Shown one piece after another: positions 9,992-19,762 of a DNA stretch of 50,264 bases; position 1 is the stretch's first letter, and every line of letters starts with the position of its first letter. The notes under the pieces are model-generated. The model worked only from the letters and a program-made list of their open reading frames with translations, was not told the origin of the DNA and made no database searches. Position numbers and translations under genes: made by a program. The DNA comes from an uncultured Corynebacterium sp. (GTDB lineage: Bacteria > Actinomycetota > Actinomycetes > Mycobacteriales > Mycobacteriaceae): assembly GCF_902782855.1 (NCBI RefSeq), contig NZ_CACZOO010000144.1, positions 1 through 50,264 on the forward strand, read 5' to 3'.

Positions 9992-11524
9992 CTACAACTC
10001 CTCGATCTCATTCTCGTCGAGCATCTCGGCGGCCGCCGGCAGGCGCACGTGGAAGGTCGTACCCTCCCCGACCACGCTCTCCACACTGATCGTGCCACCG
10101 TGCGCCTCCACCAGACTCTTCACGATCGACAGGCCCAGACCCGACCCGCCCGAAGCCCGCGACCGTGACACGTCGGCACGGTAGAACCGCTCGAACAGGT
10201 GCGGCACATCCTCGGCCGGGATACCCGCACCGTCGTCAATGACGTCGACCCCCACCGTCGCCGGTTCGACGCCGGGGGCGGACTGGGTGAGCTTGAGGAC
10301 CACCGAGGCGTCGTCCCCGCCGTGGCGCACCGCGTTCGTCACGAGGTTGCCGATGACCTGGTGCAGCCGGTCGGCGTCCCCGATCGTCACCGGGATCGAC
10401 CGCGTCTCGTTGACCAGCGACACTGAACGTCCCGGGAACCCGGCCCGCGCATTCTCCACCGCCGCGATCCCCAGGTCCAGCAGATCGACCGGTTCCCGGC
10501 GCATCGGGCGTCCCTCATCCATCCGCACCAGGGTCAGCAGATCCTCGACCAGCAGGCTCATCCTGCCGGCCTCCGAGGAAATCCGGTCGATGACCATGTC
10601 CGCGTCCGTCGTCGCCCCGGACTTGTACAGGTCCGCGTACCCGCGGACACTGGTCAGCGGGGTGCGCAGCTCGTGCGAGGCGTCACCGATGAACCGCCGC
10701 ATCGACGCCTCCGCCTGACGCGCCTGTTTCTCGGAGTGGTTCATGGCGATGAACGCACCCTGGATCTGGGCGAGCATCCGGTTGAGGGCCCGGGAGAGTC
10801 TTCCGACCTCCGTATTCGGCGACCACTCCGGGACACGGTCGTCGAGCTGGCCCTTGGCGATCCTGCCGGCGGTGCGTTCCACCAGGTAGAGGGGCTGCAG
10901 GGCACGACGGATGAGGTAGAGACTGCCGACCACCAGCAACACGAGGACGATGGCCCCGATGCTCACCAGCACCACGAGGAGCTGGTGCATGATGTGGTAC
11001 TCACCCTCCATCGGCAGGGCGACGATCACCACGGTCCCGGAATCGTTGACCACCGCCGCCGCACGCCACGGCGTGGGCGACTCCGAGTCATCGGTGGCGG
11101 GGACAGTCACCGGAGGCGTCGCCACGGTCAATGAGGAGACCTCCGGGGCGGACTTCCCCTGCTGCGGGTTCACAGAGATACTCCACCCCGAGCGGCCGTA
11201 CACGGCGACGAAGAACTGACTCGGCGGACGCAACGGCCCGGGCTGGCTGTCGTCCGTCTCCGGCGAATCCAGGTCCGTCTCCGTCGGACGGGACGCCCAG
11301 TCGCGGGTCGCCGTCGTCAACTGGTCGTCGACCCGGTTGGTGAGGAACTGCTGCATCATCCCGCTGACCACGGCGCCCGAGACCGCCAGCCCCAGGGCCG
11401 CCATCGTCGTCATCACCAGGACGAGTGAGACCCGCAACGGGAAATGGGACAGGAACACACCGGGATACCGTCGCGCCGACCTGTCCTTCGTCCCCGACCG
11501 CCCGCCGGACCGCATGCTCACCAC
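9992..11524 (-). CDS. phoS: Two-component sensor histidine kinase (PhoS / mycobacterial PhoR type)
   Basis: 2 TM segments, HAMP, DASHELRTPLT H-box, N/G1/F/G2 boxes; synteny near purD-hit as in C. glutamicum. Confidence 0.85.
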   Translation of the reverse strand: MVSMRSGGRSGTKDRSARRYPGVFLSHFPLRVSLVLVMTTMAALGLAVSGAVVSGMMQQFLTNRVDDQLTTATRDWASRPTETDLDSPETDDSQPGPLRPPSQFFVAVYGRSGWSISVNPQQGKSAPEVSSLTVATPPVTVPATDDSESPTPWRAAAVVNDSGTVVIVALPMEGEYHIMHQLLVVLVSIGAIVLVLLVVGSLYLIRRALQPLYLVERTAGRIAKGQLDDRVPEWSPNTEVGRLSRALNRMLAQIQGAFIAMNHSEKQARQAEASMRRFIGDASHELRTPLTSVRGYADLYKSGATTDADMVIDRISSEAGRMSLLVEDLLTLVRMDEGRPMRREPVDLLDLGIAAVENARAGFPGRSVSLVNETRSIPVTIGDADRLHQVIGNLVTNAVRHGGDDASVVLKLTQSAPGVEPATVGVDVIDDGAGIPAEDVPHLFERFYRADVSRSRASGGSGLGLSIVKSLVEAHGGTISVESVVGEGTTFHVRLPAAAEMLDENEIEEL

Positions 11525-11545
11525 AGGTCAGTACCTCAGATTCCG

Positions 11546-11590
11546 TGCCGTTGCCTTGCCATTACCGTGCCAGTACCCGTGCCAGTACCG
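11546..11590. repeat. Degenerate 11-12 bp tandem repeat (TGCCAGTACCG-like, 4 units)
   Basis: tgccgttgcct tgccattaccg tgccagtacccg tgccagtaccg between the regulator and kinase genes. Confidence 0.6.
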
Positions 11591-11592
11591 TG

Positions 11593-12327
11593 CTAGTTTC
11601 GGGGCGTGCGCAGCACGTAGCCCACACCGCGGACGGTGTGGATCAGGTGCGGCTCCCGGGTGTCGATCTTGCGGCGCAGATAGGAGACGTAGGACTCGAC
11701 CACGTTGCCGTCGCCGCCGAAGTCGTACTCCCACACCGCGTCGAGGATCTTCGCCTTGGAGACCACCACCTCGGCGTTGATGAGGAGGTAGCGCAGCAGC
11801 TTGAACTCGGTCGGCGAGAGGTCGACGACCTTGCCCGCCTTCGTCACCTCGTGCATGTCGTCGGAGAGGGTGAGGTCCGCGTACGAGATCAACGACTCGT
11901 CCTCCTTCTCCTCCGGCTGGACGCGGCGCAGGATCACCCGCAGCCGGGTGATGACCTCCTCCAGGGCGAAAGGCTTGGTGACGTAGTCGTCGGCGCCGAG
12001 GGTCAGACCGTGGATACGGTCGTCGACGGCGTCCTTCGCAGTGAGGAAGAGAACCGGCGCGTCATCACCGGACTGACGGAGTTTACTGAGGAGGGTGAAG
12101 CCGTCCATCCCCGGCATCATCACGTCGAGGATGTAGGCGTCCGGACGGAAGTCCGCGGCGATCTCGAGTGCGGTCGCCCCGTCATTGGCGGTGCGCACGT
12201 CGAAGTCCTGGAACTCCAGGCGGGCCTTGATCAGGTCGGCGATGTTGGCTTCATCATCGACGACGAGCACCCGGGTGTCATGGGTGGAGACGGTCTGATG
12301 GTTCTGATGGGTGAGCGGCACGGTCAT
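11593..12327 (-). CDS. phoR: OmpR-family response regulator (PhoR / mycobacterial PhoP type)
   Basis: VLVVDDE, LDVMMP, GADDYVTKPF, LSPTEFKLL, VWEYDFGGDGNVVESYVSYLRRKID, HTVRGVGY. Confidence 0.88.
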   Translation of the reverse strand: MTVPLTHQNHQTVSTHDTRVLVVDDEANIADLIKARLEFQDFDVRTANDGATALEIAADFRPDAYILDVMMPGMDGFTLLSKLRQSGDDAPVLFLTAKDAVDDRIHGLTLGADDYVTKPFALEEVITRLRVILRRVQPEEKEDESLISYADLTLSDDMHEVTKAGKVVDLSPTEFKLLRYLLINAEVVVSKAKILDAVWEYDFGGDGNVVESYVSYLRRKIDTREPHLIHTVRGVGYVLRTPRN

Positions 12328-12371
12328 GCTTCCTAGTCTGGACAGACACCCCGGAAAACGGGTGCATACCG

Positions 12372-12390
12372 CCTGTACTTTACCTGTGGA
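12372..12390. promoter_or_regulatory. Putative PhoR box (8-bp direct repeat with 3-bp spacer)
   Basis: CCTGTACT-tta-CCTGTGGA, 45 nt upstream of phoR; resembles the C. glutamicum PhoR motif CCTGTGAA-N3-CCTGTGAA. Confidence 0.7.
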
Positions 12391-12474
12391 AGCGCCGGGG
12401 GTTCACCGACACCCGGGCCCCGGCAGCTCCGATTCGCTGGTCAACAACCCCCTGAGCAGATAAAGTGGCTCGCC

Positions 12475-13197
12475 GTGACTACCAACTACACCTACCGCGG
12501 ACGCCACCGCGCAGTCTCCGGGACCCACACGCGCCGCAACATCGCCCTGCTCGGGGCCTCCACGGCCGCCCTCGCCGGTCTCGGCTCCGCCCCGGCCATG
12601 GCATCCCCCACCGATGACCTCCGGGCGCAGGTGACCGAGGGTGCGCTCAACGCCCACGACACGGCCCTGGAGCAGTCCGGCCAGGTCCCGGAGCAGTTCC
12701 GCGACGTCTACGAGCAGGGCGTGACCGACCTGACCAACGCGGTCGCCCCCGGTGCGCTCGACCAGCGTGCCGCCGAGCAGGCCGCCGCCGCGGCCGCCGC
12801 CGCCGAGCAGGCACGGCTGGACGCCTGGAACGACACGGTCAACACCCCGTGCCCCGCCACAGCGAAGGCCTGTGTCGATCTCGACGGACGCCGCGCCTGG
12901 CTGAAGGACGGCGGCAACACCGTCTACGGCCCGGTCTACATCTCCTCCGGCGCCCCGGGCGCGGACACCGAGACCCCCCGGGGCACCTTCCACGTGACCT
13001 ACAAGGTCAAGGACGAGATCAGCCGCGAGTTCAACGATGCCCCGATGCCGAACTCCGTGTACTTCACCTGGTCCGGCCACGCATTCCACCAGGGCAACCC
13101 GAACATCGACTCCGCCGGGTGCATCCACCTCGGCGGCAACGACTCCGAGGCTTTCTTCAACCAGCTCCACGAGGGTGACGAAGTCTTCATCTACTAG
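12475..13197 (+). CDS. Secreted L,D-transpeptidase (YkuD domain)
   Basis: Signal peptide with GRHRA, TPRGTF, APMPNSVYF, catalytic H..SAGCIHL. Confidence 0.9.
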   Translation: MTTNYTYRGRHRAVSGTHTRRNIALLGASTAALAGLGSAPAMASPTDDLRAQVTEGALNAHDTALEQSGQVPEQFRDVYEQGVTDLTNAVAPGALDQRAAEQAAAAAAAAEQARLDAWNDTVNTPCPATAKACVDLDGRRAWLKDGGNTVYGPVYISSGAPGADTETPRGTFHVTYKVKDEISREFNDAPMPNSVYFTWSGHAFHQGNPNIDSAGCIHLGGNDSEAFFNQLHEGDEVFIY

Positions 13198-13296
13198 CGT
13201 CGCCCGAACGCCGACCGGACCCCGCACACGACTCAGGGTGTGCGGGGTCCGCCGTGTCCCGACCCGATCCAACCGGCCCGATCCAACCGGCCCCGA

Positions 13297-14850
13297 TCAC
13301 CGAAGCCGGGTGAGCACGTTCTCCGCACTGATCAGACACATCGGCACACCGACGCCCGGCGTGGTCGTCGATCCGGCGTAGAAGAGATTGTCGACCGCCC
13401 GCGACCGGTTCGTGCCGCGCAGGAACGCCGACTGCCCCAGGGTGTGCGCCAGACCCAGCGCCCAGCCGTGCCAGGAGTGGTACCTGCCGGCGAAGTCCGC
13501 CGGCCCCAGCGTGCGGCGCACGACGATACGGGACGCCAGGTCGGCGATCCCGGCACGCTCGGCGATGAGACCGACCACCGCGTCCGTGATCCCGGCCACC
13601 GCGGCGTCCTCGGCGCCGTAGGCCGACCCGTGGCCGAGGTCGGTGTCGGCGGCGACGGGCACGAGCACGAACAGGTTCTCGTGGCCGGCCGGGGCGACAC
13701 CGGGGTCCGTCGCCGAGGGCTTCGAGACATAGACGGATCGTGAGGCGCCGCCGTGCTCGAACACGGCGGCGAAATCGGGTGTCCAGTCCTCGCTGAAGAT
13801 GAGGGTGTGGTGCGCCAGCTCCGGTAGCGGCCCCCGCACCCCGAGCATCACGACGACCGCGCCGACGCCGGCGTCGACACCCCGCCAGTGCGGCTCCGGG
13901 TAGGTCCGTAACCCGGCGGGCAACAGGGCGGTCTCGGTGTGGTGCAGGTCGGCGGCGCTGACGACCAGGTCGGCGTCCAGGACCGTCCCGTCCGCCAGCT
14001 CCACCCCGGTGGCGGTGGCCCGGCCCGGCCAGATCCGGCCCAACCCGGGGATCCGGCGCAGCGGGTTGGCGGACGCCCGGTCGGTGCGGACACGCACGAC
14101 CTCGGCGCCGGTGCGGACCACCGCACCGTTCTCCTCGGCGAGCCGGCGCAGTGCGTCCACCACGGCGTCAAACCCGCCGAGCGGGTACTTCACTCCCTGG
14201 ACCAGGTCGGTGTAGCTCATGAGCTGGTACAGCGCGGGGGTCCGCGAGGGACGTGAGGAGAGGAACACCGCAGGATACGACAGGATCTGGCGCAGGCGAC
14301 GGTCGGCGAAGCGGCTGTCGACGAGGTTCTCCAGGGAGCCGGTGAGCAGCCGGGCCAGGCGTGACGCCCGACGCAGCACCGGCCGCCCCAGGAAGGGACG
14401 CGGTGAGGAGAAGTGTGTGTAGAGGAAACGCTCGACAGCGATGCGGTAGGTGTCGCCAGCCTCGGCGAGGTAACGGCGGACCTTCTCCCCCGCCCCCGGC
14501 TCAATGCCCTCGAAGAGGTCCGCCACGGCGTCGGCCCCCACCGGCACGTCCACCGGGTCCAGTCCCTCGGGCAGGACGCGGTACCCGGGGGTCAGGTCGA
14601 CGAGGTCGAGCTCCGCCTCCGTCGAGGTGCCCATGAGCCGGAAGAAACGGTCGAAGGCCTCGGGCATGAGGTACCAGCTCGGGCCGGTGTCCCAGCGGAA
14701 CCCCGGGGCATCGTCGACGGTGAGCGATCCGGCGCGACCACCGACGGTGTCCCCCCTCTCCAGCAGGGTCACCCGGTACCCGTCGCGGGCGAGCAGTCCG
14801 GCCGTCGCCAGGCCCGCCACGCCCCCACCGATGACGATCGCCCGGCTCAC
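13297..14850 (-). CDS. crtI: Phytoene desaturase
   Basis: IVIGGGVAGLA FAD motif, FRWDTGPSWYLMP, ALGLAHTLGQSAFLR, PGVGVPMCLISAENV; GTG start overlaps the crtB stop (GTGA). Confidence 0.93.
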   Translation of the reverse strand: MSRAIVIGGGVAGLATAGLLARDGYRVTLLERGDTVGGRAGSLTVDDAPGFRWDTGPSWYLMPEAFDRFFRLMGTSTEAELDLVDLTPGYRVLPEGLDPVDVPVGADAVADLFEGIEPGAGEKVRRYLAEAGDTYRIAVERFLYTHFSSPRPFLGRPVLRRASRLARLLTGSLENLVDSRFADRRLRQILSYPAVFLSSRPSRTPALYQLMSYTDLVQGVKYPLGGFDAVVDALRRLAEENGAVVRTGAEVVRVRTDRASANPLRRIPGLGRIWPGRATATGVELADGTVLDADLVVSAADLHHTETALLPAGLRTYPEPHWRGVDAGVGAVVVMLGVRGPLPELAHHTLIFSEDWTPDFAAVFEHGGASRSVYVSKPSATDPGVAPAGHENLFVLVPVAADTDLGHGSAYGAEDAAVAGITDAVVGLIAERAGIADLASRIVVRRTLGPADFAGRYHSWHGWALGLAHTLGQSAFLRGTNRSRAVDNLFYAGSTTTPGVGVPMCLISAENVLTRLR

Positions 14851-15746
14851 CGGAGAATCGCCTTCATCGCCGCCCGCACGGTGACCAGGGCTTTCCTCGG
14901 TGCGGGCACGCTGACCCGCACCGCGTCCGGCCCGGTGAGGTCGGCGGCGGGAGTCTCCCGCAGCCGGTCGACGAGCCCGCGGTAGAGCGCGGACGCGGCG
15001 GCCACCCCGACCCGGGCGCCCCGGGGCAGGGCGGGGATGCGCTCGCACCCGGCGTCCAGCTCGGCGACGCACTCGTCGAGCAGCGCGGTCTTGGCGCTCT
15101 CGGTGAGGGTCCCGTCGGCGGTCGTGGGAAGGTAGTGGCGGCGCAGGACGGTGGTGTCCGCGCCGATGTCGCGCAGGAAGTTGACCTTCTGGAACGCCGA
15201 CCCGAGGGACGCCGCCCCCTCGGCGAGCCAGGCCCGGTCAGCGGTGACGGTGCCGTGCGTGCCGAAGATGTCGAGGCACATCAGACCGATGACCTCGGCG
15301 GACCCGTGGATGTAGGCGGCGAGGGACGCCCCGTCGTGGACGCCGGGGTCCAGGTCGGCGCGCATCGAGGCGAAGAAGGCCCGCAGGTGCGCGGTATCGA
15401 GCCTGCAGCGGCGGGCGGTACCGGCGAAGGCGTGGAGCACCGGATCGGTGTGGAAGGCGGTGGCGCCGGGGGCGGCCGGCTCGGCGGCGGCGAGCACGGC
15501 GTCCTCGTAGGCGTCGAGGTGCGCGCGGATGCCGGTGCCGTCCTCCCCCGCGGCCGCCGCGGCGCCGTCGACGATCTCGTCGGCGATCCGGACGACGGCG
15601 TAGAGGTTGCACACGTCACGACGCACCGGCGGGGACAGCAGACGCGTGGCCAGAGTGAACGATGTCGAGTACCGGGCGATGACGTCGGCGGCGACGCGAT
15701 CGGCCATGGCCCGGTACCGGTCCTCCGTCGTCTTCCTCAGCTTCAT
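14847..15746 (-). CDS. crtB: Phytoene synthase
   Basis: YSTSFTLATRLL, RIADEIVD, YIHGSAEVIGLMC, AFQKVNFLRD; start at ATG 15746 or GTG 15749. Confidence 0.92.
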   Translation of the reverse strand: MKLRKTTEDRYRAMADRVAADVIARYSTSFTLATRLLSPPVRRDVCNLYAVVRIADEIVDGAAAAAGEDGTGIRAHLDAYEDAVLAAAEPAAPGATAFHTDPVLHAFAGTARRCRLDTAHLRAFFASMRADLDPGVHDGASLAAYIHGSAEVIGLMCLDIFGTHGTVTADRAWLAEGAASLGSAFQKVNFLRDIGADTTVLRRHYLPTTADGTLTESAKTALLDECVAELDAGCERIPALPRGARVGVAAASALYRGLVDRLRETPAADLTGPDAVRVSVPAPRKALVTVRAAMKAILR

Positions 15747-15784
15747 CACCAGCCCACCGTACCGCCAGGCGTACCGTTTCCCAC

Positions 15785-15994
15785 ATGGAAGGTCCACGAA
15801 CCAGCAGCGTCACCCACACCGTCCGGTTTCTCACCACCGACAAGAGCGGCGGCATCCTCCCGGTGGCTTACGGCGTCATCATCGCGCTGGCGGCGTCGCT
15901 GCTCTCGGCGATCCTCGCCGGGGTGTACCTGACGGTGCACAACCGGATGTACGCGTGGAAGGGGGCGGTGGCCGATGACGACATCAAAGAATGA
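15785..15994 (+). pseudogene. Small single-TM ORF, probably the C-terminal fragment of a membrane protein
   Basis: Coding-like codons for GGILPVAYGVIIALAASLLSAILAGVYLTVHNRMYAWKG; no convincing start; overlaps the TetR start. Confidence 0.4.
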
Positions 15995-16556
15995 TGGGTA
16001 CCATCACGGCAACCTCCGGCAAGCACTGGTGGAGGCGGCCGTCGCGATACTCGAGCGCGGCGACACGTTCTCACTGCGAGCTGTCGCCCGGGAGGCCGGA
16101 GTGTCCCCGACCGCACCCTACCGCCACTTTTCCGACCGGAGCGAGTTGGAATCCGCCGTCGCCGCCGAAGGGTTTCAGAGTCTCGGCGACAGCCTCCTCG
16201 CCGGGGGTGACCTGCCGTCGACGTCCGGCGGTCTCACCGAGTTCGCCGTTCGGTACGTGCGGTTCGCCCTGCGACGGCCGCGTATGTTCAGCCTCATGTT
16301 CGGCACGGTCTGCGACGACCGAGACGATGACCGGGTCCTCGCCTCCGGTCGGCTCCACGAGAACCTTGGCTTGGCGCTCGCCCGCGTCTACCCCGGGAGG
16401 TCGGAGACTGAGATCACTGCGTTGTCAACAGGCCTGTGGTCGACCGCCCACGGGCTGGCCTGCCTGCACGTGGACGGGAAACTCTCCGCAGCCGATCCCG
16501 GCGAAGTGGACGACCGGGTCCGCGAAGCCTTCAGCGCCATTCTCCCACCGGCCTGA
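15975..16556 (+). CDS. TetR/AcrR family regulator (WHG-type C-terminus)
   Basis: YHHGNLRQAL, SLRAVAREAGVSPTAPYRHF HTH, WSTAHGLA. Confidence 0.93.
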   Translation: MTTSKNDGYHHGNLRQALVEAAVAILERGDTFSLRAVAREAGVSPTAPYRHFSDRSELESAVAAEGFQSLGDSLLAGGDLPSTSGGLTEFAVRYVRFALRRPRMFSLMFGTVCDDRDDDRVLASGRLHENLGLALARVYPGRSETEITALSTGLWSTAHGLACLHVDGKLSAADPGEVDDRVREAFSAILPPA

Positions 16557-16620
16557 GCTCCGCCAGCATCCCGACCCCGCTTCTGCCCGGCCCTGCTCCA
16601 GGTAGTGCAACCGCACACTA

Positions 16621-16652
16621 ATGTTGACAGCGCTTACATAGGCGCCTACCGT
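16621..16652 (+). promoter_or_regulatory. SigA-type promoter with overlapping imperfect palindrome (candidate TetR operator)
   Basis: TTGACA (16624) -17 nt- TACCGT (16647); ATGTTGACAGCGCTTACAT 16621-16639 covers the -35 element. Confidence 0.65.
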
Positions 16653-16698
16653 CGTCCACACCATCGGAGAACCATGTCCACAAAGGAGACACCACACC

Positions 16699-17409
16699 AT
16701 GACTGCAGTCCTCATGGCCGTAACCGCGGCCCGCCACTGGACACTGACCGACGGCACCCGACACCCCACCGGCTTCTGGGCCGAGGAATTCCTCGTCCCC
16801 TACGGCATCTTCACCGACGCCGGCTTCGACGTCACCGTCGCAACCCCCGGGGCCGCCACCCCTGTCGTCGACGAACTCAGCCTTGGCCTCACCGGCGGCG
16901 TCCTGCCCCACACCGTGAAGAAGTTCCGCACCCGGCTCGCCGACCTCACCCCGGTCCTCGACAACCCCGCCGACCTGCACGCGGTCAACCAGGACGACTA
17001 CAACCTGGTCTTCTACCCCGGTGGCCACGGCCCCATGGAGGACCTCGCCGTCGACTCGGTCTCCGGCACGATCCTCACCGAACGCCTCACCTCCGGACGC
17101 CCGCTCGCCCTGCTGTGCCATGCACCCGCGGCCCTGCTCGCCACCGTCGACAACAACGGAGAGACCCCCTTCGCCGGGAAGCACGTGACCGGCCTGTCCA
17201 ACCGAGAGGAACTGGTCAACTCTTTCGCTAAGAAGGCCCCGTGGTTGCTCGAGGACAAGCTCCGCGAGATCGGCACCGACTACGACAAGGCACTGATCCC
17301 CTTCCGCCCGCACGTGGTCCGCGACGGCAACCTCTTCACCGGCCAGAACCCGCAATCGTCGAAGAAGCTCGCCACAACCCTGGTCAACGTACTGTCCCAG
17401 CCCCGGTAA
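16699..17409 (+). CDS. DJ-1/PfpI (Hsp31-like) family protein
   Basis: TGFWAEEF, PGGHGPMEDL, nucleophile LCHAP, TGQNPQSS; AAGGAG RBS. Confidence 0.92.
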   Translation: MTAVLMAVTAARHWTLTDGTRHPTGFWAEEFLVPYGIFTDAGFDVTVATPGAATPVVDELSLGLTGGVLPHTVKKFRTRLADLTPVLDNPADLHAVNQDDYNLVFYPGGHGPMEDLAVDSVSGTILTERLTSGRPLALLCHAPAALLATVDNNGETPFAGKHVTGLSNREELVNSFAKKAPWLLEDKLREIGTDYDKALIPFRPHVVRDGNLFTGQNPQSSKKLATTLVNVLSQPR

Positions 17410-17427
17410 CGGATCAGAGGAACGACC

Positions 17428-18360
17428 ATGCAGACCATCCTCGGAGCCAACGGCCAGATCGGCACTGGACTCGCCCACGAACTCCACGACAACTACACCA
17501 CCGACCTCCGGCTCGTCAGTCGCCACCCGAAGCGGCTTCACGAGACCGACCAACTGGTCGCAGCTGACCTCATGAACCCCGGCGACACCGACGCCGCCGT
17601 CGCCGGCAGCGACATCGTCTACCTCACCGTCGGCCTGCCACCGGACAGTGACCTCTGGGCCAGACAGTTGCCGACGATGATGGCCAACACCATCGACGCC
17701 TGCGAGAAGCACGGTGCCAGGCTCGTCTTCTTCGACAACACCTACATGTACCCGATGACAGCAACACCTCAGACCGAGGACACCCCCTTCGCCCCGGTCG
17801 GCAGCAAAGGGCGAACCCGGGCCACGATGACCACCCTGCTGCTCGACGCCATGGAACAGGGCCGGGTGGCGGCGGTCATCTGCCGGGCGCCTGAGTTCTA
17901 CGGCCCCGGGCAAACGCAGAGCTTCACCAACTCCCTGGTCTTCGACGCCGTCGCCGACGGGAAGAAGGCCCGCATCCCGTTAAGCGCCGACACTCGACGC
18001 AGCCTCATCTGGACCCCGGACGCCAGCCGCGCCATGGCACTGATCGGCAACACCGTCACCGCCTACGGCCAGACCTGGCACCTCCCGGTCGACACCATGC
18101 GCCCCACCTACCGGGAACTCGTCCACCTCACTTCACAGGAATGGGAACGCCAGATCGGCCTCACCGTCGTACCGAAGCCCGTGTTCGCCGTCGGGAAACT
18201 CTTCAACAGCAACATCCGTGAATTGTGGGAACTCCTCCCCCGGTACGCGGTCGACAACACCTTCGTCACGGACAAGTTCACCTCAGCGTTCCCGGGCTTC
18301 CGGGTGACGACCATCAGCGAGGGAATAGCCACCCTCCGCCGGGAGCGTGACCGAGTCTGA
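17428..18360 (+). CDS. NAD-dependent epimerase/dehydratase (atypical SDR)
   Basis: ILGANGQIG Rossmann motif, FFDNTYMY, RAPEFYGPG, YGQTWHLP. Confidence 0.9.
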   Translation: MQTILGANGQIGTGLAHELHDNYTTDLRLVSRHPKRLHETDQLVAADLMNPGDTDAAVAGSDIVYLTVGLPPDSDLWARQLPTMMANTIDACEKHGARLVFFDNTYMYPMTATPQTEDTPFAPVGSKGRTRATMTTLLLDAMEQGRVAAVICRAPEFYGPGQTQSFTNSLVFDAVADGKKARIPLSADTRRSLIWTPDASRAMALIGNTVTAYGQTWHLPVDTMRPTYRELVHLTSQEWERQIGLTVVPKPVFAVGKLFNSNIRELWELLPRYAVDNTFVTDKFTSAFPGFRVTTISEGIATLRRERDRV

Positions 18361-18429
18361 TCGCGGCCGGTCGCCCCCGCACAAACCACCCTCCCGGATG
18401 GTTTCGGCGCACACCGTATCCTCAAGGAC

Positions 18430-19743
18430 ATGACCGCCCCCACCCCGGCACCTGACACCGCCACCGCCACCGCAACCCGCACCGACCGCCGCACGGTCAC
18501 CGCCTGGGCCTTCTGGGACTTCGGCTCCGCCGCCTTCAACGCCGTCCTCGTCACCTTCATCTTCGCCGTCTACCTCACCGACTCCGTCGGCGACACACTC
18601 GGCGGCTCCGTCAGCGCGTCCACCTGGTACGGGGCGGCCATCGCCGCCGCCGGTGTCATCATCGCGGTGACAGCCCCGGTGGTCGGACGCCGCGCGGACG
18701 CGCGGGGGAAACGCCGCAGCGCGGTGCGGACGTGGACGATCGTCACAGTGGTGCTGATGCTGATGCTCGTCTTCGTCGGCGATGACGCCCCGGGCTACTT
18801 CTGGCTGGGCGCGGTGATCATGGCGGTCGCCTCGGTGACCTTCCAGTTCGCCGAGGTCGGCTACTTCGCGATGCTCAACCAGGTCTCCACGAAGGAGAAC
18901 GTCGGCCGGGTCTCCGGCTTCGGCTGGGCGATGGGCTACTTCGGCGGCATCTTCCTGCTGCTGTTCTGCTACGTCGGCTTCATCGCCGGCGACGGCGACA
19001 CCCGCGGCCTGTTCAACATCACCACCGACGACGGCTGGAACGTCCGCATCGTCGCCCTGATCGCCGCCGTGTGGTTCGGACTCTCCGCGATCCCGCTGTT
19101 CCGCCGCGTCCCGGAGGTCGAGCCCAACGGCACCGGGACCACCGGGTGGAAGGACTCCTACAAGGCACTGTTCCGCGACATCGCCGTACTGTGGCGCACC
19201 GACCGCAAAGCCGTGTGGTTCCTCATCTCCTCGGCCGTCTTCCGCGACGGTCTGGCCGGCGTCTTCACCTTCGGCGCGATTCTCGCGGTGTCGGTCTACG
19301 GACTGTCGGACGCCGATGTCCTCATCTTCGGTGTCGGTGCGAATATCGTCGCCGCCCTCGGGGCACTCTTCGCCGGACGCCTCGACGACCGTCGTGGCCC
19401 CGTGCCCGTCATCGCTGTCTCCCTGGTGCTCATGGTGGCGATCGCCCTGGTGCTTTTCGTCGTCTCCGGTCCGCTGATGTTCTGGATCTTCGGCCTGGCA
19501 CTGTGCCTGTTCGTCGGCCCGGCGCAGTCTGCCTCCCGCTCCTACCTGTCCCGGATCTGCCCGCCGGGCCGCGAGGGTGAGATGTTCGGCCTCTACGCCA
19601 CCACCGGCCGGGCGGTGAGTTGGCTCGCGCCGACGGTCTTCGCCCTGTTCACCGGGCTGGCGGGTGACGACCGGGCGGGGACCCTCGGCATCGGCCTGGT
19701 GCTGCTCGTCGGGGTGGCGCTGCTGCTGCGGACCGCGAAGTAG
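18430..19743 (+). CDS. MFS transporter (UMF1/Atg22-like)
   Basis: AWAFWDFGSAAF, GRVSGFGWAMGYFGG, FRDGL, GPAQSASRS, EMFGLYA; about 12 TM. Confidence 0.9.
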   Translation: MTAPTPAPDTATATATRTDRRTVTAWAFWDFGSAAFNAVLVTFIFAVYLTDSVGDTLGGSVSASTWYGAAIAAAGVIIAVTAPVVGRRADARGKRRSAVRTWTIVTVVLMLMLVFVGDDAPGYFWLGAVIMAVASVTFQFAEVGYFAMLNQVSTKENVGRVSGFGWAMGYFGGIFLLLFCYVGFIAGDGDTRGLFNITTDDGWNVRIVALIAAVWFGLSAIPLFRRVPEVEPNGTGTTGWKDSYKALFRDIAVLWRTDRKAVWFLISSAVFRDGLAGVFTFGAILAVSVYGLSDADVLIFGVGANIVAALGALFAGRLDDRRGPVPVIAVSLVLMVAIALVLFVVSGPLMFWIFGLALCLFVGPAQSASRSYLSRICPPGREGEMFGLYATTGRAVSWLAPTVFALFTGLAGDDRAGTLGIGLVLLVGVALLLRTAK

Positions 19744-19762
19744 CCGGAGGGCGTGGCCGGCC

